Shown: one piece after another, positions 1 to 13,750 of the stretch
How positions within the stretch are numbered: the first letter of the stretch is position 1
Layout: each line of letters starts with the position of its first letter
Source: Macrostomum lignano
Taxonomy: Eukaryota
NCBI GenBank assembly: GCA_002269645.1
Contig: NIVC01002720.1
Location: 1-64,000, forward strand
Direction: 5' to 3'
DNA: 64,000 nucleotides
Made by a program: the position numbers and the translations under genes
The notes under the pieces: generated by a model
The model's database searches: none
Told to the model about the DNA's origin: nothing
What the model saw: only the letters and a program-made list of their open reading frames with translations

Positions 1-545
1 AGTTTGGTCATAGACAGTTTAAATCATAGACAGTTGGGTCATGAACAGTTGGATCATAAGCAGTTTGGCTCATAGACAGTGTGTCATAGACAGTTTGGCT
101 CATAGACAGTGTGGGTCATAGACAGTTTGGGTCATAGAAAGTTTGGGTCATAGACAGTTTGAATCATAGATAGTTAAGGTCATGGCAGTCTAGTCATAGA
201 CAGCCTGAGTGATATAGTTTAGGTCATAGACAGTTTAAATCATAGACAGTTGGGTCATAGACAGTTTAAATCATAGACAGTTTGGGTCATAGACAGTGGG
301 GTCATAGACATTTGTGGTCATAGAAAGTTTGGGTCATAGACAGTTTGAATCATAGATAGTTAGGGTCATGGCAGTCTAGTCATAGACAGCCTGAGTGATA
401 TAGTTTAGGTCATAGACAGTTTAAATCATAGACAGTTTTGGGTCATAGACAGTTTGAATCATAGATAGTTGGGTCATGAACAGTTTGGATCATAGGCAGT
501 TTGGTTTATAGACAGTGCGGTCATAGACAGTTTGGGTCATAGAAA
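1..545. repeat. Degenerate ~16-18 bp tandem repeat (core TCATAGACAGTTTGGG), possibly subterminal repeats of a non-autonomous DNA transposon
   Basis: Dozens of TCATAGACAGTT motifs visible directly; truncated by window start. Confidence 0.85.
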
Positions 546-989
546 GTTTCGCTACGCGACAGTTTCGGTCGTGGAAAGTTCGCTACGCGTTGATGAATTC
601 TATGTGATTCATTGAAAACATATTTTTCCTATCTTCTATCACCAATTCAACAAGCCATCTAGATGCCAGTCTAAATTATGGGGCATAGTAGATCGAGTCA
701 CAGCCTGAGTATGTGTACTTCGAATTTGTGCAAAATTGCAGCTATATGTAGATCAAAGAGTCCTTGCCCAAAGACACACATCAGTAGCTTTTAATAATAA
801 AAAGTCATAGACATTCCTACTCTACTGTTAGTAAAAATGTAAGCAATTAGCTAATAAAATTATAGTAAGCATTTTTATATATTAAACTAGCTACTGAGAG
901 TAAAAATAAGAGTTTTTTAAGTTGCAAAATAATGAGTAAAACACGCACACACACAAGTCCTATGATCGCCCCTCGCTCGCGTACACCAG

Positions 990-1537
990 GCCATGGACCT
1001 CATAGCGGCTCTGTCAGACGCTGTGCACAATCCGTCTACTGAATCCGTCACCGTGGCTCTGCTTTCTAACGGCCTGTTCGAGCGTGCAATCTCCGAGCCA
1101 ATCTACGGCCGCGGCACCGGGGACCGCTGCTGCGTAGTTTCAACCGCATCAGCAGCCTCCTTGACTCGGCCGTGGACCCGATGATGTCCCGGCACCACCT
1201 GTTGGGCACATCGCTGCACGAACTGCTGCACTGCTTCGGTCTGGATCATTGCCCCTACGCCAGCTGCGTGTTGAATGCCTACAGCGACGACAGCGGCTTG
1301 CTCGACGAAGCCTCTCTGCCTGCCCTGCTGATCTGCCCGGTAGATCTGCGGAAGCTGTGCTCAATAGTCAGTCCGGATTCTGCTAATACTGTCCTGTTGT
1401 CCGGCCGCCGGCTGCCTGAGTATTTCGATAGGTTAGCGGCTCTGCTCAGCCGCCTGCGGCTGGGTGCCAATGCCAGCCTGGCTGAGGCTATGCGAGATCG
1501 AGCTGTAGCTGCTTTAGAAGCAATTGGAGAGCCATAG
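990..1537 (+). CDS. Archaemetzincin (peptidase M54)-like, C-terminal exon, with an apparent 1-nt frameshift near 1134
   Basis: HELLHCFGLDHC (HExxHxxGxxH metzincin motif), then CVLN and LLICPVDLRKL matching archaemetzincin C-terminal Cys motifs; CAG acceptor 987-989; ORFs 993..1184 and 1172..1537 are in different frames. Confidence 0.75.
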
Positions 1538-1933
1538 CAGCTCGGCTGTAAACGTCTGTAGTATATTGCGGTCAGGGCCCTCTGGTTGGATTCTGGGCAT
1601 TCATTATGGTGCATAGAATTGGCCATGGGGCTGTCGTGCGGCTCTCAGCCATGAGGGCCAAACCCCAAAGCACGTATGAGTGCGTGCCTGCGTATTATAT
1701 TGGCGCGCTTGTATGTGTGTGCTCAAGAGAGTGCTCACCGGAATGGGCAGATTTCGGTCATGGATTCGGCTAACGAACAGTTTTTCTGCATCAGTACGAG
1801 CGTACAAAACCCCTCTGTGATAATGCGTGTGCGTTCTTGTTTTTAGGTGCCTTGTTAATAAATAAATCTGATCATTTATTTTATAATTTATCTTTTTTAT
1901 AAATCTTTTTAATTGTCTCTTTTTTGTCCAATT

Positions 1934-4038
1934 TGACTGACTGACTAACTGACTCCCTCATTGACTGACTCCCTCATTGACTCACTGACTCACTCATTGA
2001 CTGACTCCCTCATTGACTGACTCCCTCATTGACTCACTGACTCACTCATTGACTGACTCCCTCATTGACTCACTGACTCACTCATTGACTGACTCCCTCA
2101 TTGACTGACTCCCTCATTGACTCACTGACTCACTCATTGACTGACTCCCTCATTGACTCACTGACTCACTCATTGACTGACTCCCTCATTGACTGACTCC
2201 CTCATTGACTGACTCCCTCATTGACTCACTGACTCACTCATTGACTGACTCCCTCATTGACTGACTCCCTCATTGACTGACTCCCTCATTGACTCACTGA
2301 CTCACTCATTGACTGACTCCCTCATTGACTGACTCCCTCATTGACTGACTCCCTCATTGACTCACTGACTCACTCATTGACTGACTCCCTCATTGACTGA
2401 CTCCCTCATTGACTGACTCCCTCATTGACTGACTCCCTCATTGACTCCCTCATTGACTCACTGACTCACTCATTGACTGACTGACCGACTCACTCGTTGA
2501 CTCACAGACTCACTCATTGACTGACTCCCTCATTGACTCACTGACACACTCATTGACTGACTCCCTCATTGACTCACTGACTCCCTCATTGACTGACTCC
2601 CTCATTGACTGACTCCCTCATTGACTCCCTCATTGACTGACTGACTCCCTCATTGACTCACTGACTCACTCATTGACTCACTGACTCACTCATTGACTCA
2701 CTGACTCACTCATTGACTCACTGACTCCCTCATTGACTGACTCCCTCATTGACTGACTCCCTCATTGACTGACTCCCTCATTGACTGACTCCCTCATTGA
2801 CTGACTCCCTCATTGACTGACTCCCTCATTGACTGACTCCCTCATTGACTGACTCCCTCATTGACTCACTGACTCACTCATTGACTGACTCCCTCATTGA
2901 CTGACTCCCTCATTGACTGACTCCCTCATTGACTCCCTCATTGACTGACTGACTCCCTCATTGACTCACTGACTCACTCATTGACTGACTCCCTCATTGA
3001 CTGACTCCCTCATTGACTGACCCCCTCATTGACTGACTCCCTCATTGACTGACTCCCTCATTGACTGGCTCCCTCATTGACTGACTCCCTCATTGACTCC
3101 CTCATTGACTGACTCCCTCATTGACTGGCTCCCTCATTGACTCCCTCATTGACTGACTCCCTCATTGACTCCCTCATTGACTGACTGACTGACTCACTCA
3201 CTCATTGACTGGCTCCCTCATTGACTCCCTCATTGACTGACTCCCTCATTGACTCCCTCATTGACTGACTGACTGACTCACTCACTCATTGACTGACTAA
3301 CTGACTCACTCGTTGACTCACAGACTCACTCATTGAATCACTCATTGACTGACTCACTTACTCACTGACTCACTGACTGACTCACTTACTCACTGACTCA
3401 CTGACTGACTCACTGACTGACTTGAGTGAGTGGGTGACTGACTCACTGACTGACTTGAGTGAGTGGGTGACTGACTCACTGATTGACTCACAGACTCACT
3501 GACTCACTGACTGACTGAGTCACCGACTGACTCACTGACTGACTCGCTGACTGACTTAAGTGAGTGGGTGACTGACTCACTGACTGACTTAAGTGAGTGG
3601 GTGACTGACTCACTGACTGATTCAATGACTCACGGACTGACTGACTCACTGACTCACTGACTCACGGACTGACTGACTCACTGACTGACTTGAGTGAGGG
3701 GGTGACTGACTGACTCACAGACTCACTTACTCACTGACTCACTGACTGACTGAGTCACCGACTGACTCACTGACTGAGTCACCGACTGACTCACTGACTG
3801 ACTCACTGACTGACTTAAGTGAGTGGGTGACTGACTCAATGACTCACGGACTGACTGACTCACTGACTCACTGTCTCACGGACTGACTGACTCACTGACT
3901 GACTCACTGACTCACTGACTGACTCACTGACTGACTGACTCACCGACTGACTCACTGACTGACTCACTGACTCACGGACAGACTGACTCACTGACTGACT
4001 TGAGTGAGGGGGTGACTGACTGACTCACTGACTCATGG
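1934..4038. repeat. Compound TGAC/CTCATTGACTGACTCC micro-/minisatellite, ~2.1 kb
   Basis: Direct reading; lies immediately upstream of SMAD4. Confidence 0.95.
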
Positions 4039-4209
4039 ACTGTGTCTGAACGAAACCGCAGCATGCTTGACGACAGACTGCTGCCAGTAATAAATCCAGC
4101 TTGTTAATAAATTTCCAGCCGCCAGCGCTGAGCGCGGTGTCATATTTCAACAACCGAAGAAGCTTCTGTCAAAAAAGATTATTAGCCTCTATAAAAGACT
4201 TCCCAGTCA

Positions 4210-7200
4210 ATGCTGTCCCTAAACATGAACAGCAGCAATCCGCCTGCGGTCTGCAATCCGCCCGCGGCGGCGCCGTCTCCCGCCTATTCGGCCGCCAGCA
4301 GCAGCGCCGCCATGGCAATGCAGCACCCGCCTCAGTCGCCCGCCTCAGTTGGCGCCGCCTCCTCCGTCACGTCCTCCGACGCCTGCCTGTCAATTGTGCA
4401 CTCGCTGATGTGCCACAGGCAGGGCGGCGAGTCCGAGGGGTTCAGCAAGAAGGCTATCGAGTCGCTGGTGAAGAAGCTGAAAGATAAGCGCGACGAATTG
4501 GACGCGCTGATTCAAGCTGTGACCAGCAACGGTAATCAGCCTACAAAGTGCGTCACCATACCCAGGACTCTTGACGGCCGGCTGCAGGTAATGACTGGCG
4601 CTTTGATTTGGATTGATACCGTGTAATCCCACCGTTTGTCACCCTGTGCTCCCACTGTTTGTCACCCTGTGATCCCACTGTTTGTCACCCTGTGATCCCA
4701 CTGTTTGTCACCCTGTGATCCCACCGTTTGTCATCCTGTAATGTCACTGTTTGTCACCCTGTGATTCCACTATTACCACTCTCTGATCCCACTATTATCA
4801 CCCTCTGATCCCACATTACCACTCTCTGATCCCACTATTATCACCCTCTGATCCCACATTACCACTCTCTGATCCCACTATCATCACCCTCTGATCCCAC
4901 TATTATCACCCTCTGATCCCACTATCATCACCCTCTGATCCCACTATTATCACCCTCTGATCCCACTATTATCACCCTCTGATCCCACTATTATCACCCT
5001 CTGATCCCACATTACCACTCTCTGATCCCACTATCATCACCCTCTGATCCCACTATTATCACCCTCTGATCCCACTATTATCACCCTCTGATCCCACTAT
5101 CATCACCCTCTGATCCCACTATTATCACCCTCTGATCCCACTATTATCAGCCTGTGATCCCCAAACACTCCAGGTGGCCGGTCGTAAAGGCTTTCCCCAC
5201 GTGGTGTACGCGAAGATCTGGCGCTGGCCGGACCTGCACAAGAACGAGCTCAAGCACACCCGCCAGTGCCAGTACGCGTTCGAGCTCAAGCAGGACGCAG
5301 TCTGCGTCAATCCGTATCATTACGAGCGCGTGGTCAGCCCCGGCTTGGAGTTCTCCACTCTCAGCCTTGGCGATGATGACGACGCCACCTCTCAGCCTGA
5401 TTATGCTTCCCCTATGCTGCACCAGCAGCAGCACCTTCAGCACCAGCCTCAGTCTCAGCTGCATCCGCACCAGCTGCATCCTGGCCAGCATCAGCAGCAG
5501 CAACAGCAGCCGCCGCCGCAGCATCATCTGCATCATCACAACCAGCAGCAGCAGCAGCAGCAACAGCATCACGGAAGCTGGGGAGCTCAAGCCATGCCGC
5601 CGCCTCCGCCCATTCATCATCAGCAGCTGCAGCATCACCAGCTGCCGCCATTGTCAGTGGCCACTCCCTGGGTTGAACGCAGCGTCTCTTGTCAGCAGCC
5701 GCTAACCAGGCAGCCTCACCCGGTGCACTGGTGCACCATCACCTACTATGAGCAAGCCGAGCAGGTTGGCGAAATGTTCAAGGTGCCCTACCAGCAATCC
5801 AAGGTGATCATTGACGGCTACACTGACCCTTCGTCCAGTCATCGCTTCTGCCTCGGCCAGTTGAGCAACGTTCACCGCAGCGAGGTCTCCGAGCGAGCCA
5901 GGCTGCACATCGGCAAAGGCGTCAAGCTGACTATGCGAGACGAGGGCAACGTGTGGCTGGAAGTGCTCTCCGACCACTCCGTCTTTGTTGGCACCTTCTA
6001 TCTGGACCGGGAGGCCGGCCGCCCGCCCGGCGATGTTGTGCACAAAATCTATCCGGGAACTCATATTAAGGTGAATCTGGGTGAAAATCTAGATGTGAGA
6101 ATCAGATCAAGGTGACCCTCTGTAGATATGAGGATCAGATCAAGGTGACTAGAATCTGTAGATATGAGGATCAGATCAAGGTGACTAGAATCTGTAGATA
6201 TGAGGATCAGATCAAAGTGACCATCTGTAGATATGAGGATCAGATCAAGGTGACCATCTGTAGATATGAGGATCAGATCAAGGTGACCATCTGTAGATGT
6301 GAGGATCAGATCGAGGTGACCATCTGTAGATATGAGGATCAGATCGAGGTGACTAGAGTCTGTAGATATGAGGATCAGATCAAGGTGACTAGAGTCTGTA
6401 GATGTAAGGATCAGATCAAGGTGACTAGAGTCTGTAGATGTGAGGATCAGATCAAGGTGACTAGAGTCTGTAGATGTGAGGATCAGATCAAGGTGACTAG
6501 AGTCTAGATGTGAGGATCAGATCAAGGTGACTAGAGTCTAGATGTGAGGATCAGATCAAGGTGACTAGAGTCTGTAGATATGAGGATCAGATCAAGGTGA
6601 CCTTCTGTAGATGTGAGGATCAGATCAAGGTGACCTTCTGTAGATGTGAGGATCAGATCAAGGTGACCCTCTGTAGATATGAGGATCAGATCAAGGTGAC
6701 CATCTGTAGATATGAGGATCAGATCAAGGTGACCATCTGTAGATGTGAGGATTAGATCAAGGTGACTAGAGTCTGTAGATGTGATGATCAGATCAAGGTG
6801 ACCATCTGTAGATGTGATGATCAGATCAAGGGGACCATCTGTAGATGTGATGATCAGATCAAGGTGACCATCTGTAGATGTGCGGATTAGATCAAGGTGA
6901 CTAGAGTCTGTAGATGTGAGGATCGGATCAAGGTAGTAGTCAGTAGATGTGAGGCTATATACTAGTAGTATTTCAAGTACAGAAATGCCCATGTAGAATT
7001 AGCATCACTCATCTCTTTCTTCGAAATGACAATTCGTGTCTAAATAATCAAATATTTACCGTGTCTCTAAAAATTTATCGTTTATTTCTAAGAATCGGTT
7101 ATTTACTTCTAATAATATTTTGTTCATTTCTAAAAATCGGTTTTTTATTTCTAAGAGTCCTTTATTCATTTCTAAGAATCGGTTTTCTTAATAATCGGTT

Positions 7201-8013
7201 CTTTATTTTCTACGAATCTTTTATTCATTTCTAAGAATCGGTTTTCTTAAGAATCGGTTCTTTTTTTTCTACGAATCTGTTATTCATTTCTAAGAATCGG
7301 GTTTTCTTAAGAATCGGTTCTTTTTTTCTACGAATCTTTTATTCATTTCTAAGAATCGGGTTTTTATTTCTAAGAATCCTTTATTCATTTCTAAGAATCG
7401 GTTTTTTTTTCTACGAAACTTTCATTTATTTCTAAGAATCGGTTTTTTATTTCTAATAATATTTTATTCGTTTCTAAGAAACAGTTATTCTCTCCCCCTT
7501 TCTCTTGTGAAGGTGTTTGACATCCTGCAGTGCCACCGGGACATGCGGGCCCAGGCCATCCAGGCGCAGCACACAGCCACAGCCACGGCTGCCGTTGTGG
7601 CCGGCGGCCCGGCCCCGGCCGCCGCCATCCCGTCGGCGAATCCCATCGCCCTGCAGGCCGGCGCCGGCATCGGCGTCGACGAACTGCGCCGACTGTGCGT
7701 CCTGCGGATGAGCTTCGTGAAAGGCTGGGGGCCGGACTATCCGCGCAAGACCATCAAGGAGACGCCCTGCTGGGTTGAGGTTCAGCTGCACCGGCCGCTG
7801 CAGCTGCTTGACGAAGTGTTGCAGAGTCTGCCATTGAATGATTTGAAGCCTACGCGACACTTTCTGCAGCAGGGCGGCAGCGGCGGCGCCTCCGCCAGCC
7901 CGAAGCTACCCAGCCAGCAACCGCCGCCCCCGCAGCAGCAGCAACAGCAGCAGCAGCAGGTGCCACCCGCTGCGGCACCACCTCCATCGCAGCAGTCTGG
8001 CATTCATCACTAA
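4210..8013 (+). CDS. SMAD4: SMAD4/Medea (co-SMAD); exons 4210-4587, 5174-6070, 7513-8013
   Basis: MH1 [35 protein letters not shown]|[28 protein letters not shown]; MH2 [37 protein letters not shown]|[23 protein letters not shown]; both GT-AG introns are phase 0; no SSXS tail. Confidence 0.97.
4630..5160. repeat. ~20-23 bp minisatellite (CCCTCTGATCCCACTATTATCA) filling SMAD4 intron 1
   Basis: Direct reading. Confidence 0.95.
6090..6950. repeat. ~30-36 bp minisatellite (GATCAGATCAAGGTGACCATCTGTAGATATGAG) in SMAD4 intron 2
   Basis: Direct reading; starts ~20-40 nt after the donor. Confidence 0.95.
7060..7480. repeat. AT-rich degenerate repeat (TTCTAAGAATCGGTTTT) in SMAD4 intron 2
   Basis: Direct reading; ends just before the acceptor. 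Confidence 0.85.
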
Positions 8014-9119
8014 ACTCTGCAGACTCTACATTATACTATCCCTAATACCATAGCTATCCCTTCCGCTCTGCCCATTGGTTCTGTTTGCAATACCTTTTTA
8101 ATTTCTCTCTCTCGACAGTTTTCCTGTTTTGAGCAAAATTTAGCCTTGTTACAGTCATATAATCCTGTTTACAGGTTCCTCAAATGCGCTAATCTGATCT
8201 TGATTGTTTAATAATCTGTATTAGCAGGTCCACCTGTTTCAGGGGTGACGTCATACATTTGTACAAAAACTCGCGTATTTCCTTGTTTTTTAGCCGTTTT
8301 TTCATGTTAAAAATAAATGCATCAAAAGTGCGCATTGTACAACAACTTGCAGTTGCAAATGAGAATTGAAAACTTGATTAATTGCATACAATTTCTACCG
8401 CTTACTGATATACATGTATGTTGCTTTCTTCTGCAAATGTAGAGCAGAACAATTTTTATATTTCATAGCAGCTAAATGAAAGCCTTTCTTTAAACCAATC
8501 GCCTGACGTTTTATTGCTAATTCTTATTGGTAAGCTATATAAGCAAGCTTTAATTTGTTGATGCCTTAATTACGCCTGTGTATTACAGTGTCTCCGCGTA
8601 CATTCTACTTGCTATAAATGTATTGTTTTTGCGATTTTTATTAGCTGACGATCTCTTATGAGTGCTTGCATTGTACACTGTACATATGCTGTAAGGCATA
8701 GTTTTATAAGTTATTACTCGAAGAATAATGCTTCTATTTCTCATGACCATGGGTTTTCTAAACAAGCCAAGCAAGGACACCTAGATCTAGAATCTGGATT
8801 AGAAACTTCGACCCAAATTTGAATTGCTTATTATTTGGTTAGTAACGCAGATGCTAGAATAACTACTAGATACATGTACGAGTGTCACTCGCAAAATGCG
8901 TTTATCGACTCTTTTATTCAGTAGCACAATTAGCGTTTTTGCCTTATAATAATACAAATTTTAAATTTTACAAAATATTTTCGTTTTTGAAGCTGCAACA
9001 ATCGCCTCTGCATGGCTTTCTATAAGCAGGCCCATTAAATTAGCATTCCCACCCTGTTTAAAGCTGCGCCCAAATCTAGTGAGTGTTCATAGCGAGCCAG
9101 ACCAGTAAACAGTTTGACC

Positions 9120-9370
9120 AGATTTTGACCTCTCGCCTTCCTGCTCTCTCATTGGCTGAGCTAGATTTGGCCTGCCCCCCCCCAGGCAGAGTTTCGTCCG
9201 CCTCACTTTGACCTCTCTCCTTACTGCTCTCTCATTGGCTGAGCTAGATTAGGCGTTAGGCCTGCCCCCTAGCCAGAGTTTCGTCCGTCTGACTTTGACC
9301 TCTCTTCTTACTGCTCTCTCATTGGCTGAGCTAGATTAGGCTAGCCTGTTCCCTAGGCTGAAGTTTCGTT
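9120..9370. repeat. Three degenerate ~80-90 bp direct repeats (TTTGACCTCTC..CTGCTCTCTCATTGGCTGAGCTAGATT)
   Basis: CTGCTCTCTCATTGGCTGAGCTAGATT occurs three times. Confidence 0.8.
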
Positions 9371-10189
9371 CAGCTGCTTGAAATGCTTGTTTTTAATTCT
9401 GAACTCCATGTACCCCTGAGACCGCTAACCCCGAGGAAGGAAGGAAAGTTAGCTGCCACATTAAATTTAGGTGACACTTCGCGTATAAACTACTGAAAGA
9501 GTACACACTCTACTTTTTCACAGCTTTAATTGCGAGTGACATATCTACTGGTTACTCTAGTATCTGTCTGGTCAAGAGGAGTAGCCACTGCAGATTTGAG
9601 ATGGATAGAAGATTGCGCTTATTTCGCTCGTAGACATGCTTGAGCCGGCAGGAATCAATTTTCAACTATTTAGAATTTAGAAAAGCGTTCTGCTTTTCTT
9701 AATTCATTTTATATATATCATAACCAGTACAATAACTTGTACTAAAGTACATTGTGACTCATTTATACGCTTTGTAAAATTGAAAGACTCTATCCCTCTC
9801 TCGGACTAGATCTTGTATTGTTTGCTTTTTATATAAATACAATTTATAATAATTGGCTGCTGCAGGTGCCAAACTGAATAAGCCGAAAGCTGAGACTTTT
9901 TGCCTGCAACAATAACATGCTGAATAGTTGAATTTGATGCGAAGGTTTATTTATCTTGTAGTCTGGGCAGAGCAGGTGTTTGCTTTTACTCAAAACTAAT
10001 TAGAACTGAGATTTATCAGACTTGTCTGAATACCGTATAATTAGGAAATATAAACAAAAATGTATTTTACGTAGTATAGTTAATCAGAGATTACACTTGT
10101 AATTTTAAATTTATGAGTAATTCTTAACCTTTTGCAATTTCTGCGAATATATACCGTTAATTATTGCAAAATAACTTTCGCAAGAGAGT

Positions 10190-11910
10190 GCTTGTTTGTC
10201 TGCTCCCAGCACTCTCTCAGGTCTGCCTGCTTCCAGCACTCTCTCAGGTTTGTCTGCTCCAGCACTCTCTCAGGTCTGTCTGCTCCCAGCACTCTCTCAG
10301 GTTTGTCTGCTCCAGCACTCTCTCAGGTCTGCCTCAGCTCCCAGCACTCTCTCAGGTTTGTCTGCTCCCAGCACTCTCTCAGGTCTGCCTGCTCCCAGCC
10401 CTCTCTCAGGTCTGCCTGCTCCCAGCCCTCTCTCAGGTCTGCCTGCTCCCAGCACTCTCTCAGGTCTGCCTCAGCTCCCAGCACTCTCTCAGGTTTGTCT
10501 GCTCCCAGCACTCTCTCAGGTCTGTCTCAGCTCCCAGCACTCTCTCAGGTTTGTCTGCTCCCAGCACTCTCTCAGGTCTGCCTGCTCCCAGCCCTCTCTC
10601 AGGTCTGTCTCAGCTCCCAGCACTCTCTCAGGTTTGTCTGCTCCCAGCACTCTCTCAGGTCTGCCTCAGCTCCCAGCACTCTCTCAGGTCTGCCTTAGCT
10701 CCCAGCACTCTCTCAGGTCTGCCTGCTCCCAGCCCTCTCTCAGGTCTGCCTGCTCCCAGCACTCTCTCAGGTCTGTCTCAGCTCCCAGCACTCTCTCAGG
10801 TTTGTCTGCTCCCAGCACTCTCTCAGGTCTGCCTCAGCTCCCAGCACTCTCTCAGGTCTGCCTCAGCTCCCAGCACTCTCTCAGGTCTGTCTCAGCTCCC
10901 AGCACTCTCTCAGGTTTGTCTGCTCCCAGCACTCTCTCAGGTCTGCCTCAGCTCCCAGCCCTCTCTCAGGTCTGCCTGCTCCCAGCACTCTCTCAGGTCT
11001 GTCTCAGCTCCCAGCACTCTCTCAGGTTTGTCTGCTCCCAGCACTCTCTCAGGTCTGCCTCAGCTCCCAGCACTCTCTCAGGTCTGCCTCAGCTCCCAGC
11101 ACTCTCAGGTCTCTCTCAGGTCTGCCTCAGCTCCCAGCACTCTCTCAGGTCTGCCTCAGCTCCCAGCACTCTCTCAGGTCTGCCTCAGCTCCCAGCACTC
11201 TCTCAGGTCTGCCTCAGCTCCCAGCACTCTCTCAGGTCTCTCTCAGGTCTGCCTCAGCTCCCAGCACTCTCTCAGGTCTGCCTCAGCTCCCAGCACTCTC
11301 TCAGGTCTGCCTCAGCTCCCAGCACTCTCTCAGGTCTGCCTCAGCTCCCAGCACTCTCTCAGGTCTGCCTCAGCTCCCAGCACTCTCTCAGGTCTGCCTC
11401 AGCTCCCAGCACTCTCTCAGGTCTGCCTCAGCTCCCAGCACTCTCTCAGGTCTCTCTCAGGTCTGCCTCAGCTCCCAGCACTCTCTCAGGTCTGCCTCAG
11501 CTCCCAGCACTCTCTCAGGTCTGCCTCAGCTCCCAGCACTCTCTCAGGTCTGCCTGCTCGCAGCACTCTCTCAGGTCTGCCTCAGCTCCCAGCACTCTCT
11601 CAGGTCTGCCTCAGCTCCCAGCACTCTCTCAGGTCTGTCTGCTCCCAGCACTCTCTCAGGTTTGTCTGCTCCCAGCACTCTCTCAGGTCTGCCTTAGCTC
11701 CCAGCACTCTCTCAGGTCTGCCTCAGCTCCCAGCACTCTCTCAGGTCTGTCTGCTCCCAGCACTCTCTCAGGTTTGTCTGCTCCCAGCACTCTCTCAGGT
11801 TTGTCTGCTCCCAGCACTCTCTCAGGTCTGCCTCAGCTCCCAGCACTCTCTCAGGTCTGCCTCAGCTCCCAGCACTCTCTCAGGTCTGCCTCAGCTCCCA
11901 GCACTCTCAC
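10190..11910. repeat. ~28-30 bp minisatellite (CTCCCAGCACTCTCTCAGGTCTGCCTCAG), probably within the last intron of the DEG/ENaC gene
   Basis: Direct reading; explains the long spurious ORFs. Confidence 0.95.
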
Positions 11911-13750
11911 GTCTATCTCGTCAATATACTGTCTTTCATCATCAGCAGCAGGGTTAGCGCTGCTGGCTGTTTGCTCAGTTCGATTATCCCCTCGCTCAGC
12001 TGCAGTCGACAGAGCCCTGAGTCGCAGCCGCGCGAATTTCATCAGCAGGTGCACCGACTGCAGCAGGTCGATGATGCTGGCAACGCTCCAGCCCAGGTAG
12101 AGTCCAACTAGGCCGCCAATGCTGCTCAACAAGCTCAGCACACTGTCCTTGTAGTTCTCCTCCGATACCTGCACCTTGTTGGAAGCCTGGCGCACCTGCA
12201 GCTTAACAAAGTTTGAGCCAATCACTCTGGATAGCTTGGACAGCAGGCTCAGCTGTGTTGCGTTGAGTTCAGTGCTCAAGGAACCGATCTGGTCGTTCAG
12301 CGACATGATGTAGCTCAGGCCAATTATCTTCATTCCATAGAGTTTCTGCACCTCCGCCTGCCTCTTTGGCAGTAGAGAGCGGACCATGGCCTGAGTGTTG
12401 GTCTCGAGGGGCCACTTAGTGCCAGACACTTTCACTTCGTAGTAGCGCTTGCTGCATGGCTCCTGACAGTGCTCAGTGCTCACGTTGAGGTATTCTAGCG
12501 ACTGAAAACACTGACTGGTCTTTGTGTAGTTTGGACTGCTCAAGTTCATGCACACGGGCAGCTGAGATCTCTGCTCGTCAACCGGCAGAATCGGGTCACG
12601 ACAGCTGCAGCTGTTCTGCAGAAAGTCCATGCGAGCCTGAAGAATGCAGTCTGATTTGGTGAAGCTGAACTCTTGCCATTCGGGAACATAGTCAGCGAGT
12701 GCGCTGCTTCTGTTGGTTGAGTTGTCGACTCGTTTGAAAACCAGATATCGGATGGTCTCGCTGCCTGTTGAGCAGGGGCTCAATGCCTTGCTGATGGAAT
12801 TGTCCGAATGCTCAGCATATGTGAGCAAAGTGCTCTGTCCACTGCTCACCATTATCTTGTAGGTTTCGTGCAAATATTGATCTGAAAAGTGGGATAGTGA
12901 GCTGCAGTTGTACGAGTTCGTATATAGGATTCAGTTGGTAATGGAGATGTGGGGATCTATTTGCATAATGGAAGTCTCATTTATTGATCAACTCACCTCG
13001 ATGCTTCACATAAAGAGCCACGCCAGACGATTTGTCGAACTCCAGAGCCCCGCTAAGACTAAGGGCAGACAGCGGAAATCTGTGGTCAAATTTTGCATTC
13101 AAATCGCTCGAACCGATCAAGCTCTCTCCGAATAGGACAAATATGGCGTCAACTATTGCGGACTTCGGAACGAATCTGTAGCAGTTCAGATACTCAACAC
13201 TGTCCACGTGCTCAAAATGGGAATTAGTGCCGCAGTCTCTGTCATTTGGCAGCTGGCAGCTGAACAGCAGCGTCTCGGCCCAGATGCCCAGCGCCTTTTT
13301 CAGCACTTGGCGGCCCAGCGTATGCAGCACAGGCCCAATCCGGCTTATAGCACCCGTGCTGGAGCTGCTGAGGTTGGTGCTGATATCTCCGCCAATGCTG
13401 CTGGTTACATATTCAGCCGGTATTTTGCTCATCGCTGAATTGAAATATGCCTGTCTGTAGTCGGCTGTGGTGTAGCTTAATGGCACGTTGCTGCAGAAGA
13501 CCAGATCGGGAAACTGCGCCTGTCGATCACTCTGGACAGTGAGCACCGTTGGATACTCGAGGTATTTTTGCACCGTGATCACAATCTGGACGCCTGTGAA
13601 GCAAGCCAGGCCGAGGCACACCAAGAGGCCGAACGATTGCAGCCGCAGTGGCTTGTCCGACATCGGCAGGTGCGCCATCAGGCCGACGTCTGAGTGAGGC
13701 GGCGAGGAAGTGGACGGTTGCGAGTCAGACGTCGTCGGTTTGATCTTCAT
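11851..13750 (-). CDS. DEG/ENaC (amiloride-sensitive/ASIC-like) channel; exons 13750-12997 and 12881-(11911 or 11851); possible micro-exon 10140-10111
   Basis: TM1 followed by QKYLEYPT..FPDLVFCS; Cys-rich thumb (CILQARMDFLQNSCSC..CQEPC..YEVKVS..WP); TM2 LLSSIGGLVGLYLGWSVASIIDLL; 115-bp phase-1 intron 12996-12882 (GTGAGT..TTTTCAG) joins the two ORFs in frame (KHRD-QYLHE). Confidence 0.9.

Noticed and set aside
1560-1850. Short ORFs downstream of archaemetzincin
   Set aside because: No motifs; consistent with 3' UTR
10132-12100. 597-634 aa ORFs in several frames
   Set aside because: Translations of a minisatellite lacking stops on that strand; the real gene is DEG/ENaC on the minus strand
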